Part shown: positions 39,467 to 53,959 of the stretch, one piece after another | Position numbering within the stretch: position 1 is the first letter of the stretch | Layout: every line of letters begins with the position of its first letter | Source: Glaucostegus cemiculus | Taxonomy: Eukaryota | Length of the DNA: 64,000 nucleotides | Direction: 5' to 3' | Assembly: GCA_976551045.1 (NCBI GenBank) | Contig: CDPCPM010000180.1 | Location: 1,922,001-1,986,000, forward strand | Position numbers and translations under genes: made by a program | Notes under the pieces: model-generated | Told to the model about the DNA's origin: nothing | Databases searched by the model: none | Seen by the model: only the letters and a program-made list of their open reading frames with translations

Positions 39467-39779
39467 GTAAGTGAAATTCAATTTTTGGAAAATCGTAAGG
39501 AACGACAGTATGATAAAGCAGTTTGTGAAAGCACTTGAACAAACAGTACAATTGGCTGGCTTGGTATAAACCACAGGGTGCTTGCTCATTGTCATGTGTG
39601 ATACTAATTTGAATATATTCAATATACAGTAATTAATCCTTGTACCCAGATGTGGCAGTCAAGAATAAACTTTGACCAGTTCCTTTCTAGTTCAGGAAAA
39701 TTAAAACTTTTTTGTAGTGCCGTAGGCTGATTTATCTTTTATCAGTTGACGCCCCAAAAACCGGGGATTGACCTTGAGC

Positions 39780-40440
39780 ACAAAATAGGAGCAGGAGTAA
39801 GCTACCTGGTCCTTCAGTGATCATGGCTGGTCTGCCCAGGGCTCAACTCATTTTCTGTGACAATTCCCCAGAGTCCTGAATTCCCCAGTCTTTCAACAGT
39901 CTCTGCCTTTTCCTTCAATATCTCCAGTGATGTAGCCTCCATCTGCCTCTATGATAGAAAACTCCAGAGATTCAGAACTGAGAAGAAATTCTCACACACC
40001 TCAATTTTAGATGATTGCTTCCTTATCTTGTAAAAAGTTCTCCTTGTCTAAGATTCTCGCACAAGTGAAAATGTGTCTACCCTGAGGATCTTGTTTGAAA
40101 AAGTTTTCTGCTCATTCTTCTAAACTCTGAAGGATATAGATCCAGTTTCTTTGTCCGATGTGATAGGACAACCCTCCTATCCCAGGAATTATCTTAGTGA
40201 ATCTCTTCAGGGTTGCCTCTAATGCTGCTATATCCCTTCTTAAATAAGGGGACCAAAATTGTGCATAAAACTGCCAGTGTGGCTTAACCAACACCCTGTG
40301 CAATTGTAACAATACTTCCTGATTTCTGAACTCCAGCCCCTTGCGATAAAGGCCAATGTGCCATTTGCCTTCCTAACTAGTTGATTCACGTGTCTGCTAA
40401 CATGTTATGATTCATGCACAAGGACACATAGATCCCTCTG
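39780..40440 (-). mobile_element. CR1 LINE 3' fragment
   Basis: LVKPHWQFYAQFWSPYLRRDIAALEATLKRFT. Confidence 0.85.
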
Positions 40441-41367
40441 TACTTGAGATATAGCAAGTGCATGTCATTGAAAGCTTTCTGTTTGCAGTATTTTTTTTTG
40501 TTTGTAATATTCATTGAAGAAGTAAGACCTGAAAGCCAGGTGCACTGTTTCTTCTGCCACTAAGTTCTAGGAACATTCAGTCAATGATGTAAAAGATTCT
40601 GAATCAATGTCTGTGGTATAATGTTTACTTGTGATTAAAAAAAATATTTTCATGAACCTCTGATCCAATATCACAAAAAGAATGTCATGACTTGCTGTTG
40701 CCATGGGAGTTCTTCCTTGGCTCAATTTCTTATGTAAGCTTAATCTCTTTAAGACTACACACTGTACTGCTGTTTTATAGAAGTAATAGTGTCATCAGAC
40801 CTTTCCTTCAAGTTTATCTGACTCTTGTCCCTGAGTAACAAGCTTAAGCTCATCCTGATGGATCAGACTTCCATACTAACAGGAGATACTTTTTCTAACT
40901 GGCCTCAGTCTGAGTGTATAATCTCATTTTTCCTGCACGTTATGGTTTGGTCTTAGCCTCCACTTAAACCCTTCTGCATAATATTATGTTCCTACTTTGG
41001 CCTGAAGTACCTTCCAATGGCTGTTGTCTCTGTATCAGTCTGGAATATCCATCCATTGATGCACTTAAACTGATATTAACCAAGTCCTTTCCTGTCCTCT
41101 GATTTTCAACCCTGTACTCGCCACAGAAAGATACTAGTTTGTGGACAATAGTTATCTCTGGTTTGAACTGAACAATGTAACGTAAATAGTTGTATTATAT
41201 TGAGTGAGTCTTATTATAATAGTGGATTCAACTAATTGAACCAATTTCTTTGATGGCAGTATGACTTTTTGGTCATATAAGAATGATAAAAATTATGTCT
41301 CCTGGTTAGATTGTTCAGTTATCAGGAACAATTCTTGTGTTTCTGAAATGTATTTTTAAATTTGTAG

Positions 41368-41736
<369 letters not shown>

Positions 41737-42310
41737 TAATGGCTGTTTAACTTAACTTCTTGCCTTCCACATCTGAGCTCCTCATTAAAAAAAAAACTTG
41801 AGTTAGTTTTTGATGGTGGATTTCCTTTTAATTCTGCCACAGGATGATAGGTGTGTATTGTTCAGCATTTATATTGCTGGAGCTATTAATCACAAAAATA
41901 TTAATAAAACATTTTATTCTGTAACTGATGTTTGAATCTAATCCACAATGTCTAGCATCTAAAAGCTGGAAGAATCATTTTTTGAGGCTGATATGGTGGA
42001 TTTTGAAATCTGCGCAACGTATTTTTATTGACAGTTCTGGGAAAGCATTTGAGCAGCTGCATAATTTAAATTCAGATTTTTACAAGTTTTGAATTGTAAA
42101 GAGTGATTTCACAAATTCCAGGCATGCAGCAGGGAATTGCAGTTGAAATGAGTGTAGATCAAAGGATGTGCAATATGATTTTGTAACCTTCTTACTGATC
42201 CACATTTCATGAGCAGGCAGACTTTTGTTATAGCCATCAAATTAGTGAATTTACATTTAAAAAAAAAATATAACCTGTAAATAAAGCTTTGCACAATTTG
42301 CCCTCACCAG

Positions 42311-42445
42311 GTGCATTATGATTTTGGCCTACGTAACATCCTGTCGGTTTTGCGAACACTTGGAGCTGCAAAACGAGCTAATCCCAATGATACAGAGTCT
42401 ACCACTGTTATGCGTGTACTTCGTGATATGAACTTGTCTAAACTG
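42311..42445 (+). CDS. DNAH5: window exon 25 ([14 protein letters not shown]...MNLSKL)
   Basis: caccag|GTG ... CTG|gtaagt; 135 nt, phase 0-0. Confidence 0.96.
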
Positions 42446-42530
42446 GTAAGTTTCAACTCAGTTCAGGTTTGAGAGAAAACAGATTAATAGAAATAACTTT
42501 AACACACAACCTAAAACTGACTTGGTAAAA

Positions 42531-42821
42531 TATTTATTTATTAATCACATGTACATTGAAGCACACAGTGAAATGTGTCTTTTAGCGTTACTGAGAATGT
42601 GCTGGGAGCAGCCCTCAAGTGGCGCCACTCTTCCGGTGCCAACATAGCATGCCCACAGCTCCTAACCTGTACGTCTTTGGAATGTGGGAGGAAACCGGAA
42701 TACCTGGATTAAACCCACACAGACACAGGGAGAACATGCAAACTCCTTACAGACAGCGGCAGAATTGAACCCGGGTTGCTGGCACCGTAATAGCGTTACG
42801 CTAACTGTTACACTACCGTGC
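42531..42821 (-). mobile_element. tRNA-derived V-SINE with Rex-like tail
   Basis: Minus head gcacggTAGTGTAACAGttagcg, box B GGTTCAATTCTG, V-core; tail tttcactgtgtgcttcaatgtacatgtgattaataaa. Confidence 0.85.
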
Positions 42822-43331
42822 TTTGTTTCGTCTAGAATGAAATGATTTTCAGTAAATATCAGTCCAAAAGAAATGCACAGTTATTAAAGTTGTCTTTTAT
42901 TGCATGGATTATGTACTGAATCTAAAGATTTTAAAGCTATTAATCCATTAAATTGTATCGCTTTCCAATATGAAAATGAATATACAAGAACATTTATAAT
43001 CCCATTATTTCTGAGCAATAAATAATAGTGCCAGTTATTTTTTTTAGATTTATGACAATATTTTTTTTTGCCTTTAGCACAACTCTCTTCCACAATCAAC
43101 TCATTAGGTTACAGCCTAGGTTCATTATGTACTTCCTGACGTTAAAGTTGCTATATAAATGCAATTTCATCCTCAAGACCACATTATCTTTGAGACGGTC
43201 TGAGCAAGTTTGCCAAGCTGTATTGCTCCCTCCAAAATAAAGCAGAAAAGGCTGGAAATACTCAGCAGGTCAGGCAATAGTTGTGGAGAGAGAAACAAAA
43301 TTAACATTGCAGATGATCAGCAATTCAAGGC

Positions 43332-43481
43332 TTCCAAAGACGTACAGGTTAGGAAGTTGTGAGCATGCTGAGTTGGCGGCAGAAGCGTGGCAACACTTGC
43401 GGGCTGCCCGCAGAACACTCTACGCAAAAGATGCATTTCACTGTGTGTTTGAATGTACGTGTGACTAATAAAGATATCTTA
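43332..43481 (+). mobile_element. 5'-truncated copy of the same V-SINE subfamily, next to a Penelope-derived arm (43235-43318)
   Basis: ttccaaagacgtacaggttagga...catttcactgtgtgtttgaatgtacgtgtgactaataaa is antisense to 42535-42682. Confidence 0.82.
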
Positions 43482-43624
43482 CATTTCAGCATCTTACATT
43501 TTCAGTGGTGAGTTTCTACTTCAAAAAATAATAGTTTGCTCTAAATTGCAACTATTTTATGGTTTAATCATTTCTTATAAGCTTTTAATATGACTAAGGT
43601 GACAAAATATTTATTTCTTCTTAG

Positions 43625-43732
43625 ATTGATGAAGATGAACCACTTTTCCTCAGTCTGATTGAGGATCTGTTTCCTGCTATTCAGCTGGACAAAGCAGGCT
43701 ACCCAGAACTGGAAGCTGCCATAGACACAAAG
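43625..43732 (+). CDS. DNAH5: window exon 26 ([17 protein letters not shown]...IDTK)
   Basis: tcttag|ATT ... AAG|gtaaac; 108 nt, phase 0-0. Confidence 0.95.
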
Positions 43733-44379
43733 GTAAACTTCCGCAAGTGCCTCATTATTTGGCTAATATTTGATGTGATGTGCCTTCATAATAATTATTT
43801 TTGAAAACAATTCATACCATTGACAGAACATGTGATTCTGCTGCATCTATGAATATTAAATGTAAAAGAAGAGAATGTACAGATGAAAAGATTAATTATA
43901 CAAGTGTTTGCTGGATGTCATCTCCAAAGCAATTGGATTCCATACCCATTCACCAACACAAACCTCATGACAGTAAATGTTATTACAATCACTAATCCCT
44001 TCATAAATTAACATTCTGTTGGCAAATGACTAAAAATTCATTTTGATTAGTCACGTAGAGCTCTCATCTCCCAAGTTCCCAAGGCACTTCCACCATCTGT
44101 AAAGCAAAGCCAGGACGTTAATAGATTGTTCTCCACTAGCGTGGATGAGTGCAGCTGCAACAATCAAGAAGCTCAACACCACCCACAAGACAGCTTCCTT
44201 GCTCACCAGGCAATACATCATCTTAAGCAGGCTCACTCTCCAGCACTGTTACACAGTGATTACAATCAAGATGTAATGGAGCAACTTGGCCAGGTTTCTT
44301 CTGCAGTAACCATTAAAACAGCCAAATCAGCTTTCTTGAACAATGAAATCAACCAAATTGGTGACGTAGGTTGTGAATA

Positions 44380-45630
44380 GTTGGAGTCCAAGCACTAATC
44401 CCTGCAAAAACCTGCCAACTTGAGAAAGATCTTTTTATTCCTCTTCATTGCTTTCTGTCCCATAACCAATTCTCAATCCGTATCAGTATCCTATCCCCAA
44501 TTCTGTGTGTTCTCACCTTGTTGACCAACAGTTAATCTATGTTGGACCTTGCTGAAAAGCCCTGGAAATCCAAATACAGCACATTCACTCATTGTCTCCG
44601 CCCTGTATTTATTTTGCTAGCCATATCCTCAAAGAATTCCAATAGATTAGTAAAACGTGATTTTCTTTTCACAGACCTGTGCTGATTCTGCTCAGTCCAA
44701 TGATTCCTCTCTGAGCATTCTGTTATTGCGTCACTCATTATAGGGTCCAAAGGTTTTTTCCACCACTCGCATTAAAATAACAGGTTGGCGTTCTCTCTCC
44801 CTCCTTCCTTCCTTTAATACTGAGATCACATTTGTTACTCTCCAATCCACAAATCTTGAATCTAGATAATTTTGAAACATGAATACCGCAGCATCCACTC
44901 TCTGTCGCTGCGTCTTTCAAACCTCTAGGATGTAGATCATCCATCCTTGGGATTTACCAAATTTCAAGCTCGCCTCTCGTACTATTTTTTTGATTAATAC
45001 TTATTTCCTTCATTTCTTCATTCCTGCAAGACCCTTGGTTCTGTCATATTTCTGATGGGTTTTTACATCATCTTCTGTGAGGAAAGACACAAAGTAATTC
45101 TTTAATCCCTCTGCCATTTCCCCATTTGTCACCTCCAGTCCTTTAGTTTGTATATTTTTGCAAGCTCCTGCATTTGTTCTTTTATGTTGCTCGCCAACCT
45201 CTTCTCGTATTCTGTCTTGCCTTTTACTGATTTCTTGGTCCTTTGTTAGTAAATTGTAATATGCTCCAACACCTCACACCTATTGCTTTTTCTGGCAATT
45301 TTCAAAGCTCTTCCTTTGATGTAGTTATGTCTTTAATTTCTCTTGTCTTCCACAAATGAATTAATTTTCCTTTTGTATTTTTGTGCCTGAGAGGATTTTT
45401 TTTTTTACAATAGTTTATGCACTTTTTATACCCTAGGCCAAAGCTTGTCTGCTACCCAACTTCTCACTATATTTTTTTACCTATCAGCCACAGCCAACCC
45501 TTTCCTCATACCTTCATACTTAATACTTGTTAACGTTTATCGTCCTAGTTTCGGATGAACTAACGTTACATTCAAACTTAGTGGAAAATTCTATCATATT
45601 ATGGTCAGTCTTCCATAAGTGGCCCTTTAC
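44380..45630 (-). mobile_element. old CR1 ORF2 remnant
   Basis: DDLHPRGLKD motif in minus ORF 44738-44944 and CR1-type antisense sequence. Confidence 0.7.
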
Positions 45631-46439
45631 AATAAGGTTATCAGTACAGACAAGACTCTTGTCTTACTCAAGGGTTTAACTTCTGTATGCATTGGGCAGG
45701 AGTTTCTGCTTGAATGTGCTGGATGCTTTTTAGCCCAGTTTGCTCAGTATTGGCACAACTGGTGCAGAGGACTGTGGAATTTTAAACACACTTTCTTTCA
45801 ACACAAATTGAGATTCAGATTCCTTCTGTACAAGTTTTAAAAGCATAGTGCTAGAATGCACATGACATCAACATGTCCTCTAAATGACTCAATAACCCTG
45901 AGACATTTCTGCTAACCGGACTCATTTGCATTCCTTAAAGTAAGCGCTAGAAATGGAGCTAGATCTTTTGTGTGCAAAGATCATAATTGGTATTTCTCAA
46001 GTTGTGAACAAACACTTTTCTTCATTTTCTTGAGAAACTGACCACTTACTCCAGCCTATCTATAGGGTAGATTTGCATATTTCAAAGCAATTTGAGAAAA
46101 CTTGAGTTACTAGCAGGTGGTGTGAATTACAGTGTGCATTTTGTGTGATTTAAACTCATTTTAAACTGCATTAATCATTTTTTCCAAATTATCATTCTGA
46201 CATATATAACATTTTTTAAAGGAAAGTTAGAAATATGTGTTTTAAATGCGATATATAAGCCTTTAAACTGAAAGAGAAACTAAATAGAGGAGAGTGTGGG
46301 TTCAGTAAGAGGAAACAGAACAAGTTAAGGAGAAAGGACCAGGTGAGAGACAATAATGTGGATAATTATAAGCCATCTATACACAAAAGGAGAGTGTGTA
46401 TAATGGTAAGAGAATAACGGCAACTCAGTTCAAAGTAGC

Positions 46440-48610
46440 CACTTAATATGAATGCACAAAGCATTCATAACAAAATCGATTAATGGATGGCATGAACAGA
46501 GATAAATGGATATAATCTTATAGTCATTACAGGGACATAATGGCAAAGAGACCAATGCTGGAAGCTGCATTTTCTAGGGTATTTGACTGTTCTGAAAGAT
46601 TAAGAGAATGGATGAAGAGCAAGGGTAGCTTTGATAGCTTTGAGATGAGAAATAACCAAGAAAACAAATCACCACTAGGATGGTGATTATACTGTTGGTC
46701 AGAGTTTCAATGAATATGAAGCTTGTCATACAGGTATTGATAAAAGCACGAGCATGTTAATCTTAGATTGAACAAGTCAAATTGGCTAGGTTATCTGAAG
46801 GACAAACCTGTGGAAAGCATTTGAGACAGTTTACCATAACAATATGTTGTAGATCCAATAGAGGAATAAACTATTTTACATCTGATCGTGTTTAATGATG
46901 CAGGATTAATTAGTGACATCATTGTAAAAGATCCTTTCGGAAAGAGTGATCATAGCACAATAGAATTTCACATTCAGTTTAAGAATGACCAAGGTCCAAA
47001 ACTGGGGCCTTAAAATAAAGGTGGTTTGGCTAGAGTGGGTTGCAGATAGGTGGTGGCAATGTTTAAAGAAATATTTAATTATGTGTAAAGCTGAATACCT
47101 TTGAGGAATAAAGACCCTGTGGGAAAGGGAATCCCTCAGTGGCTAACTGAAGCAGTTATAGATGGTATTAGATTGAAAGGAGAGGTTTCTATTGTTGCAA
47201 TGAGAAGTGGTAAACTCGAGGATTGGAAAAATTTTAGATATTAGCAAAGGATGACTAAAATTCATAAAGAAGGAGAAAATAGAATATTATACTAAAAAAA
47301 CACTATTATTAAGGAAATTGAGGAAAGAAAGAAAACATAGAATCTTGGGTCAGTTAGCTTAACATCTGTAATGGTAGAAATGCTGAAGTTCATCACTGAG
47401 GAAGTAGTAATAGGACATTTTAAAATGTTTACGTGGTTTTATGAAAGTGAAATTGTGTTTGATGCTCTGTTAGTTCTTTTTGAGGATGTAACAAGTGGGA
47501 TAGATAGAGAGGAACCAGTGGATGTTATGCATTTAGATTAAGGGATTTGATATGGTGCCAAATAAAAAGTTTCTCTACAGGATAAGGATTCATAGTATTG
47601 AGGTTAATATATTGGCATGAATAGAGGATTGACTGACAGACAGACTAATTGTGTTGTTTTTGGGTTGGCTATTAATAAGCATATTTGAGACTAAGATAGA
47701 AAGCTTAATGGTCTATATGGGAATTGAGGGTTATGATGGTTAACAGGAAAATAGATTTCGCTCAAAGATCAGGGACTGCTCTTGGTCCTATTTCATATGT
47801 TCTTATGAAACAGCTTGATTCATGGTTTTGAAACTGGTGATGTGACAGATGGGGTGCCACAGGAATCAGTTCTGAGTTCTCAAATACATCAGTATTAATA
47901 CATAAATCAAATAAACCCGTATTAATGACATAGAGGAAGGGACTGTGTATATTCAAGTTTATTGATGATACAAATATAGGTGGGAAAGCAAGTTGTGAAG
48001 AGGACATTGGAAACAGATGAAGGGATATGGACAGGTTAAGTGAGTGGACAAAAAGACAGGTGGGGTTTAACATGAGGCTATTCATTTTAATAGGAAGAAT
48101 CGTAAACCAAATCATTTAGTTAAATAACTGAACACTGTTATTTAGAGAGACATGAGTGTCCGTGTTCAAGAAACAAAGTTAGTCATCAGGTATAGCAAGT
48201 GTATGCAACGGTACTTTTTGCTTAAGGGATGCTTAAAAGTAGGTAAGTCTTAAAAGCTGCACAGGGCCTTGGTGCGATCACATCTGGGGTACTACATAAA
48301 GTTTGGAATCCTTATTTAAGAAAAGATACACTTGGAGTGAGGACATTTCCCCTCCCTGGGTGGAGAATTTAGATCAAGAAGGTATAGGATCAGCATAGAG
48401 TGCTATGAACATTTGGAACTCACTATCCGAAGATGCAGTGGTCCTTGGGCATATTCAAGTCTGAAATTTAAGGACTATGGGGATATCAAGGCTTATAATG
48501 ACCAGCACAAAATTGGCCAGGATCAGTGTCCAAGACCACTGTTTAATAGTGGAACTGGTTAAAGGGTCCCAGTGGTGCTTGGCTGCTCGTATTTCATATG
48601 TTTTCATGAG
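46440..48610 (+). mobile_element. decayed CR1 ORF2 from APE endonuclease start to 3' end
   Basis: MNAQSIHNKID (APE start), GKSDH, GVPQESVL, KFIDDTNIGG motifs; many stops. Confidence 0.8.
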
Positions 48611-48952
48611 CAGCCTGACGGAGCTGGTCATTGGCAGTTTTCAAACTTGGTGATTTACAAGTAAGTTGAGCAGTCCCTTGTGTTTTTTTTATTGTAAAAA
48701 CACTTGCAAATGGGCACAATATTTGGACATAATGTTTACCAAAATTCCATTTACCTGATTGTGTGGATGTATTGATCTGTGTGGCTGCGTTGTTGGGTTA
48801 TCCACAATATGGCCACTTCTGCAGTAGAACTTTAAAATAACTAGGGTTTTTTTAAGTCTTGAATTTCTGATCACAAAAATAAAAGTGAAAGCTATATATA
48901 CATACCATCTGTAAATTTACAGTATTCTGAAATTATATTTTGTTGTATTCAG

Positions 48953-49106
48953 GTTGAGGAAGCAGGGCTTGTCAGTCATCCTCCATGGAAACTCAAAGTT
49001 ATTCAGCTGTTTGAGACACAAAGAGTAAGACATGGAATGATGACTTTGGGACCCAGTGGAGCTGGTAAAACCACTTGTATCCACACACTGATGAAAGCCA
49101 TGACTG
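48953..49106 (+). CDS. DNAH5: window exon 27, AAA2 Walker A ([16 protein letters not shown])
   Basis: attcag|GTT ... ACTG|gtaaag; 154 nt, phase 0-1. Confidence 0.96.
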
Positions 49107-49419
49107 GTAAAGTGGAAATGGATAAAGAGTCATTTAAATCTTTGAGTGATTCTTATTTTTAGATAAAATGTATTTTATGTGTAATCTTTAAAATATTGAA
49201 CACTCCAAGGTGACAATTTTTGGACTAAAATACAAGATAAGAATCTTTAATTGTACCTGTTGTAAACCTGTGGGAAGAACTGTATTACATCAAAGATCTA
49301 AAATGAACAGAATTATAGAGGGAACCATCTCAATGATGTTTTGACTGTTTCAATCAAGGTATTCTAATCTTGAACCGATCTTTAATTAGGTCAGTTTTTT
49401 AAATTACTTTTAGCATTTC

Positions 49420-50645
49420 TTGGGATGTTGGCTTCCTAGCAGAGTCTGCATTTAAGGACTAATCCCAATTGTCCTTGAAAAGACGTTCCCACAATGCTGC
49501 TGGTTGAAAGTTCCAGGATTTTGATCCAGTCAAAATGGAAGAATGGTAATATATTTCCATTCTGGGAAGGGCCTGTATCATGACAGGGAACTGGTAGTAA
49601 GTGGTGTTCCTTGGCACTTGCTCCCCTTGGCCTTCTGGGAGATATCTGTAGGCACTGGAGTTGCCGCAGTGCTTGTTGAAATTAGCATACACTGCGATAA
49701 CTGTGCCAGTAGAGGAATGAGCACTTAGGCTGGTTGACTCGTTTATCCTGGATGATGTCAAACTGCTTGAATGTAGTTGGAGCTGCTCTTATCCAGGCAG
49801 GCGGAGTCCAACGTATTCCTGTTTGGTGTTTTGTAGATGATGGAAAGGCTTTGAGAAGACTGGAGGTGACCTTGCTCCATTCATTCAGTAAGATCATGGC
49901 AGAACTGATCTTGGCCCTACCTCCAAAATCCTGCCAGTTCCCTATGAACCTTGTCTCCCTTGTTATCTGTTCCTCAAATATACTCAATGATCCAGCCGCC
50001 ACAGCTCTCTGGAGCAGAGACTTGGAGAAGCAATTTAAATTGCCCATCCCTTGTTCTGAAACTGTACTCCTGATAGTAGATTCCACCATTAGGGGAAACA
50101 TCATCACAGTAATCTACCTCATCAGGCATCTTCAGAATTTCATATATTTCAGTGCGACCATCTCTCATACCTCTAAACTCCAAGGGACACAAGTTGCTCA
50201 CCTTTACCTCTTGAGCCAAATCACTCAATCCCAGGAATCATCCTGTGAATCTTCTTTGAATTGCCCCCAATGCAAATATATCTCTTGATAAATAAGGAGA
50301 TTAAGAATGTACTCCAGGTGTTGTGTTGTCAACAAACTGTGCAGTTCTAGAAGGTGCCTTTGCAATAAAAGCCAACATTCCATCTGGCATCTTACTTGCA
50401 CCTGCACACTAAGTTACTGTGTTTCATGCACAAGAATACACAATGACGCTACGTTCTCTCTGTTTATTCATACAAGATTCTACTTTTCTATTCTTCCTGC
50501 TGAAGTGGATAACCTCTTGTGTTTCCAAACTTTTGCTCATTGTCTCAACCTATCAATATGCTTTTTGCAGGCATTTTGCCTCTATGGTTTTTGTGTTTGT
50601 GTGGTGCTGTTAGCATTTCCCAGCAACTTCTGGCCAGTTGAAAAC
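49420..50645 (-). mobile_element. adjacent older-LINE 3' fragment (49420-49880) and CR1 3' fragment (49880-50645)
   Basis: PPAWIRAAPTTFKQFDIIQDK; LEFRGMRDGRTEIYEILK. Confidence 0.75.
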
Positions 50646-51226
50646 AACTACTTTGAACCTTAAAGGAAAAACAAAATTGCCTGCAAATGCCATAAAAATG
50701 AAGTAAAAGCACTTCCAAAAATTTCTTCTCTACCCCCTCATTTCCCATCCAGAACACTCTCCACCCTCCACATTCAATGGATAATTACCAGCAAATGGAG
50801 AGGAAGCCATGGGAGATTTCAGAAGATGGTACTTTTTTTCTATTAAGCAATATGTCTAAATTCTCTGGTGGAAAATTCTTTCAACACTCTCTGCAATCAG
50901 AATAATGGATCAAATACATTCTACTCTTTTTAATTATTAGTATAGATTTTGGATAATGACAATATTGATGTAAGATTTCACTTATTACCCTTCCATTTGG
51001 CTGGAACATTTACTGTATATTAAATCTCTGCTTTGAGATTGATGAGTCCTGCATGAATTATAATCCAATAAAATCAATGGAGGGGAAATGATACATGCAG
51101 CATAAGCACAGCACAAATTATTCATGTATTTTGATTGCACAACATTCTGCAATAGGAGAATTAATTGCAAAACAAACCATAAATGGAATAACTTAGACAA
51201 AGTGTACACTGAAGACTAGAATGTGA

Positions 51227-51475
<249 letters not shown>

Positions 51476-53959
51476 TGAAGTTTTTAAGCTTATGCACTTG
51501 TAATTCTCTGTGACACCTGGTTCTTGAGCTGTCCATTAGTACGGATAGTAGCTTATCTAACCCACTATATTGTGCACACCATCAAATCTCCTCTCAATTG
51601 TTTTTCCCACATTAACAACTTTCTAAAAAATGTGGCAAGCAGTATGGGGGTTGTCTCCAAACACTAGAAACTTGTGGATGCAAAAACGAGAAACATGTCA
51701 AATTATTTCCAGTTGAGGGAGTGTAAATTAATGAGACGAGAAATTCTGCTGTCCAGGCAGTCACGCATACAGTATTTCTCATCGAGAGATATGATGTCTT
51801 TCGAGACATCAACTAGGCGTCATTGATGTCTTTTGACAGCTAAGATTTAACAAGTCACTATGTTCTTGGATATATGTAATCACAAAGGGTTGGTGGAAGG
51901 GCTCCACCACACCACATAGAACTTACTTGCTTAAAGAGATCCATATTATGTTGCCTAAAGCCTACTATGAGCAAGTGTAGATTATCCGTTGGAGATAACT
52001 AGTGTGACTATGAGGTGAACATTCAGGTGGAAACAGCTTATAGTTACCTCCACAGTATAGCATGCAGTTTGGTGTACGTGACAATATGGTTGCATTATCT
52101 GTGCAAATGTCTTGCACCCATTTGAAGGTTTAGACATACCTTACCACTCACTCACTCTGTGGAGCTGGAGTTAATCTGAGCCTGCCAAAGGGTCAAAGGG
52201 GTGTGCATCTCTGAGAAAGGCTTCCATGGATTCTGAAGAGCTGCCAGGTTCACAGGAAAAGGAGTGTGTCTGTTCTATTTTAAGATTCTTTGACCATTTT
52301 CCACAGAAAATGCTTATGAAACGAATTGTTTTTAATGTCGGGCTTTTAAAAGGATATTGTATTCTTATCTTTAAAAAGGACCTGAATTGTTGGTGATCAA
52401 GGTATTGTTGAGTTAGCATTAATATTTACCCCAAGCACCATGACTCAATTAATTGAATTGTCTCTGTAATTTAAAAAAAAATGTTCAGAATCCCTTGAGA
52501 TAAAAGCAGACACATGCTCTGAGGTTGTATTAGATCCAGAATGCTTCAAGGCAGTCAGGCAGCAAGGAATGTGGTATGGTGGATAAGCAGGGAGTACAGA
52601 TAAAGATTATCTTGTTTATGTCAAACCAGACAGCCAGCTGAAAGTGTGGCATTTCTTTATTTTGCTCTATTAAACTAAGATAAGTTCCACTTTCTGAATT
52701 AAGTGAGTCTAATCTTAACTGCTGTTTGAAATGTTAATTTTACTGTGAAATAGAGGTTATTGAATGGTATCATGTTCTCCTATACTTAATTGCTCCCTCT
52801 AAATGTGAATTAGAGATTGACTAAGTGAAAATGCAAAAGACACGAGTATCTTGTTTAGGTTACGTGAAAATCTCATTATCGCCCTCCTCAGTAAACACTG
52901 CCTTGCAATAGACATCAGTCTGGATCGGTACTCATGAAAATCAGTCAAAACTGAATTCAGGGCAGTATCCAGGGAATCAGCCAATATTATCATCCAGCAC
53001 AGTGTGTCCTATCTATGGGATGCATGGGAGCAGGTCACCAAATCATATTTGGCAAACTTTCAAGGCCTGCCACCTTCACCAGCTGGATGGGTGGACAGAG
53101 GCAGTACATAAATGGGAACACCATCATCTCACTGTACCTCAAAGAAATGCACCTTTCAGATGTACATTGCTGTTCCTTCATTGTTGCTGGGTTAGAATTC
53201 GGGCACTCCCTACCTAATGTTATTATGAGTACTACTTCTTCATGTGGATTCCAGTGGTCAAGAAGTATTTCCCTCTGTCACTCACCAGCCCACCTTCCTT
53301 TCCTCACTGCCAACTCGCTTCTTGAGGACAACTATGAATGTATAAAATAAAATGCTGGTCATGCCCATGGCAATCACATCCCAAGGATTAATTTTTAAAT
53401 TCCATTTTTCCTGGATCAAGAAGAGAGTGTCAGCCAGTTGGATGGAGACAGGGTCAAATTGTCTGGACACACTACAGAGGCAGATGACCTTCTGAGTAAA
53501 GGAACTGGTTTCTTTACTGACACTACTTCAAGATGAAATGAATAAAAATACAATAGAAACAACAACAGCTTCCCCCAATAAAATCTGGATGATTTTTCCA
53601 AAAGAAATGCAGTGTAGAGAATGTTTAATTGGATTTATGTATATAATATCAGTCAGTAATTTACAGCAATGTGATTTCCTGACTTGGTTGGTAGTGGAAT
53701 TACCTCTTCATCTTCACTCTTTCTGGGAATGACTTTCTCACCACATGCACTCGAGAAGATCTCACTCCTATGAGAAGAATGTTATTCTTTTTAATATATC
53801 TTAATATCAGTTTTTTTTTTATCTTGATGTATATTGAATTTGGAAAGTCAATTGCCAGTATTATCGAAGCGGTGGGATCAAATTTCTTTAGCAGTACTTT
53901 GAGACACCTTATGTAAATTGAATGAAATTGAATAAAAGATTGTCAGAATGAGGGAATGG

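Noticed and set aside
49734-50288. Longest ORF in track (184 aa) as a nested gene
   Set aside because: It is the antisense reading across two adjacent LINE fragments.
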